DNA from: Lama guanicoe
Taxonomy: Eukaryota
Assembly: GCA_013239625.1 (NCBI GenBank)
Contig: MU056000.1
Span: 12,351,175-12,411,174, forward strand
Reading direction: 5' to 3'
DNA length: 60,000 bases
Shown here: positions 59,867 through 60,000 of the stretch, in pieces
How the letters are laid out: each line of letters begins with the position of its first letter
How positions within the stretch are numbered: the first letter of the stretch is position 1
Position numbers and translations under genes: made by a program
Notes under the pieces: generated by a model
What the model saw: only the letters and a program-made list of their open reading frames with translations
The model's database searches: none
What the model was told of the DNA's origin: nothing

Positions 59867-60000
59867 CAAAGTGTACAGGTCAAAAGAAATGCAAACTCTG
59901 CCAACTTGTGCAGTTTCAGGGTTTAGTTTTAATGAGACTAATATTTAAGCCTCAAATTTATGAATGTTTTACCATTAGGAAAAGGAAAACACAAATTAAA

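Noticed and set aside
1..60000. Listed six-frame ORFs (60-161 aa) as genes
   Set aside because: All are short, many begin at non-ATG codons, overlap on both strands or lie in repeats; none resembles a cellular protein family I recognise.

Overview
Mammalian, almost certainly camelid, non-coding genomic DNA (intergenic or inside a very large intron). The taxon is inferred from two tRNA-derived Vic-1-like SINEs and from the style of the young L1 3' ends. I find no credible protein-coding exon, RNA gene, CRISPR array or intact transposon ORF. The listed ORFs are chance frames or read through repeat remnants; one contains the L1 ORF2p C-terminus. Much of the window is eutherian interspersed repeat: MIR, L2, old L1/HAL1, MaLR MLT1 LTRs, MER34-type and other ERV solo LTRs, and hAT/Tigger MITEs, often nested and several with readable target-site duplications (TSDs). 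Family names come from recalled consensus sequences, not a search, so subfamily labels and edges are approximate. The observations most worth checking are a diverged ~240-bp local duplication that appears to interrupt an L2, a young solo LTR rich in CCAAT/octamer motifs, a twin-primed 5'-inverted L1, two candidate non-coding exons, and a repeat-poor region with an immune-type motif cluster. I do not see evidence of a new biological system.
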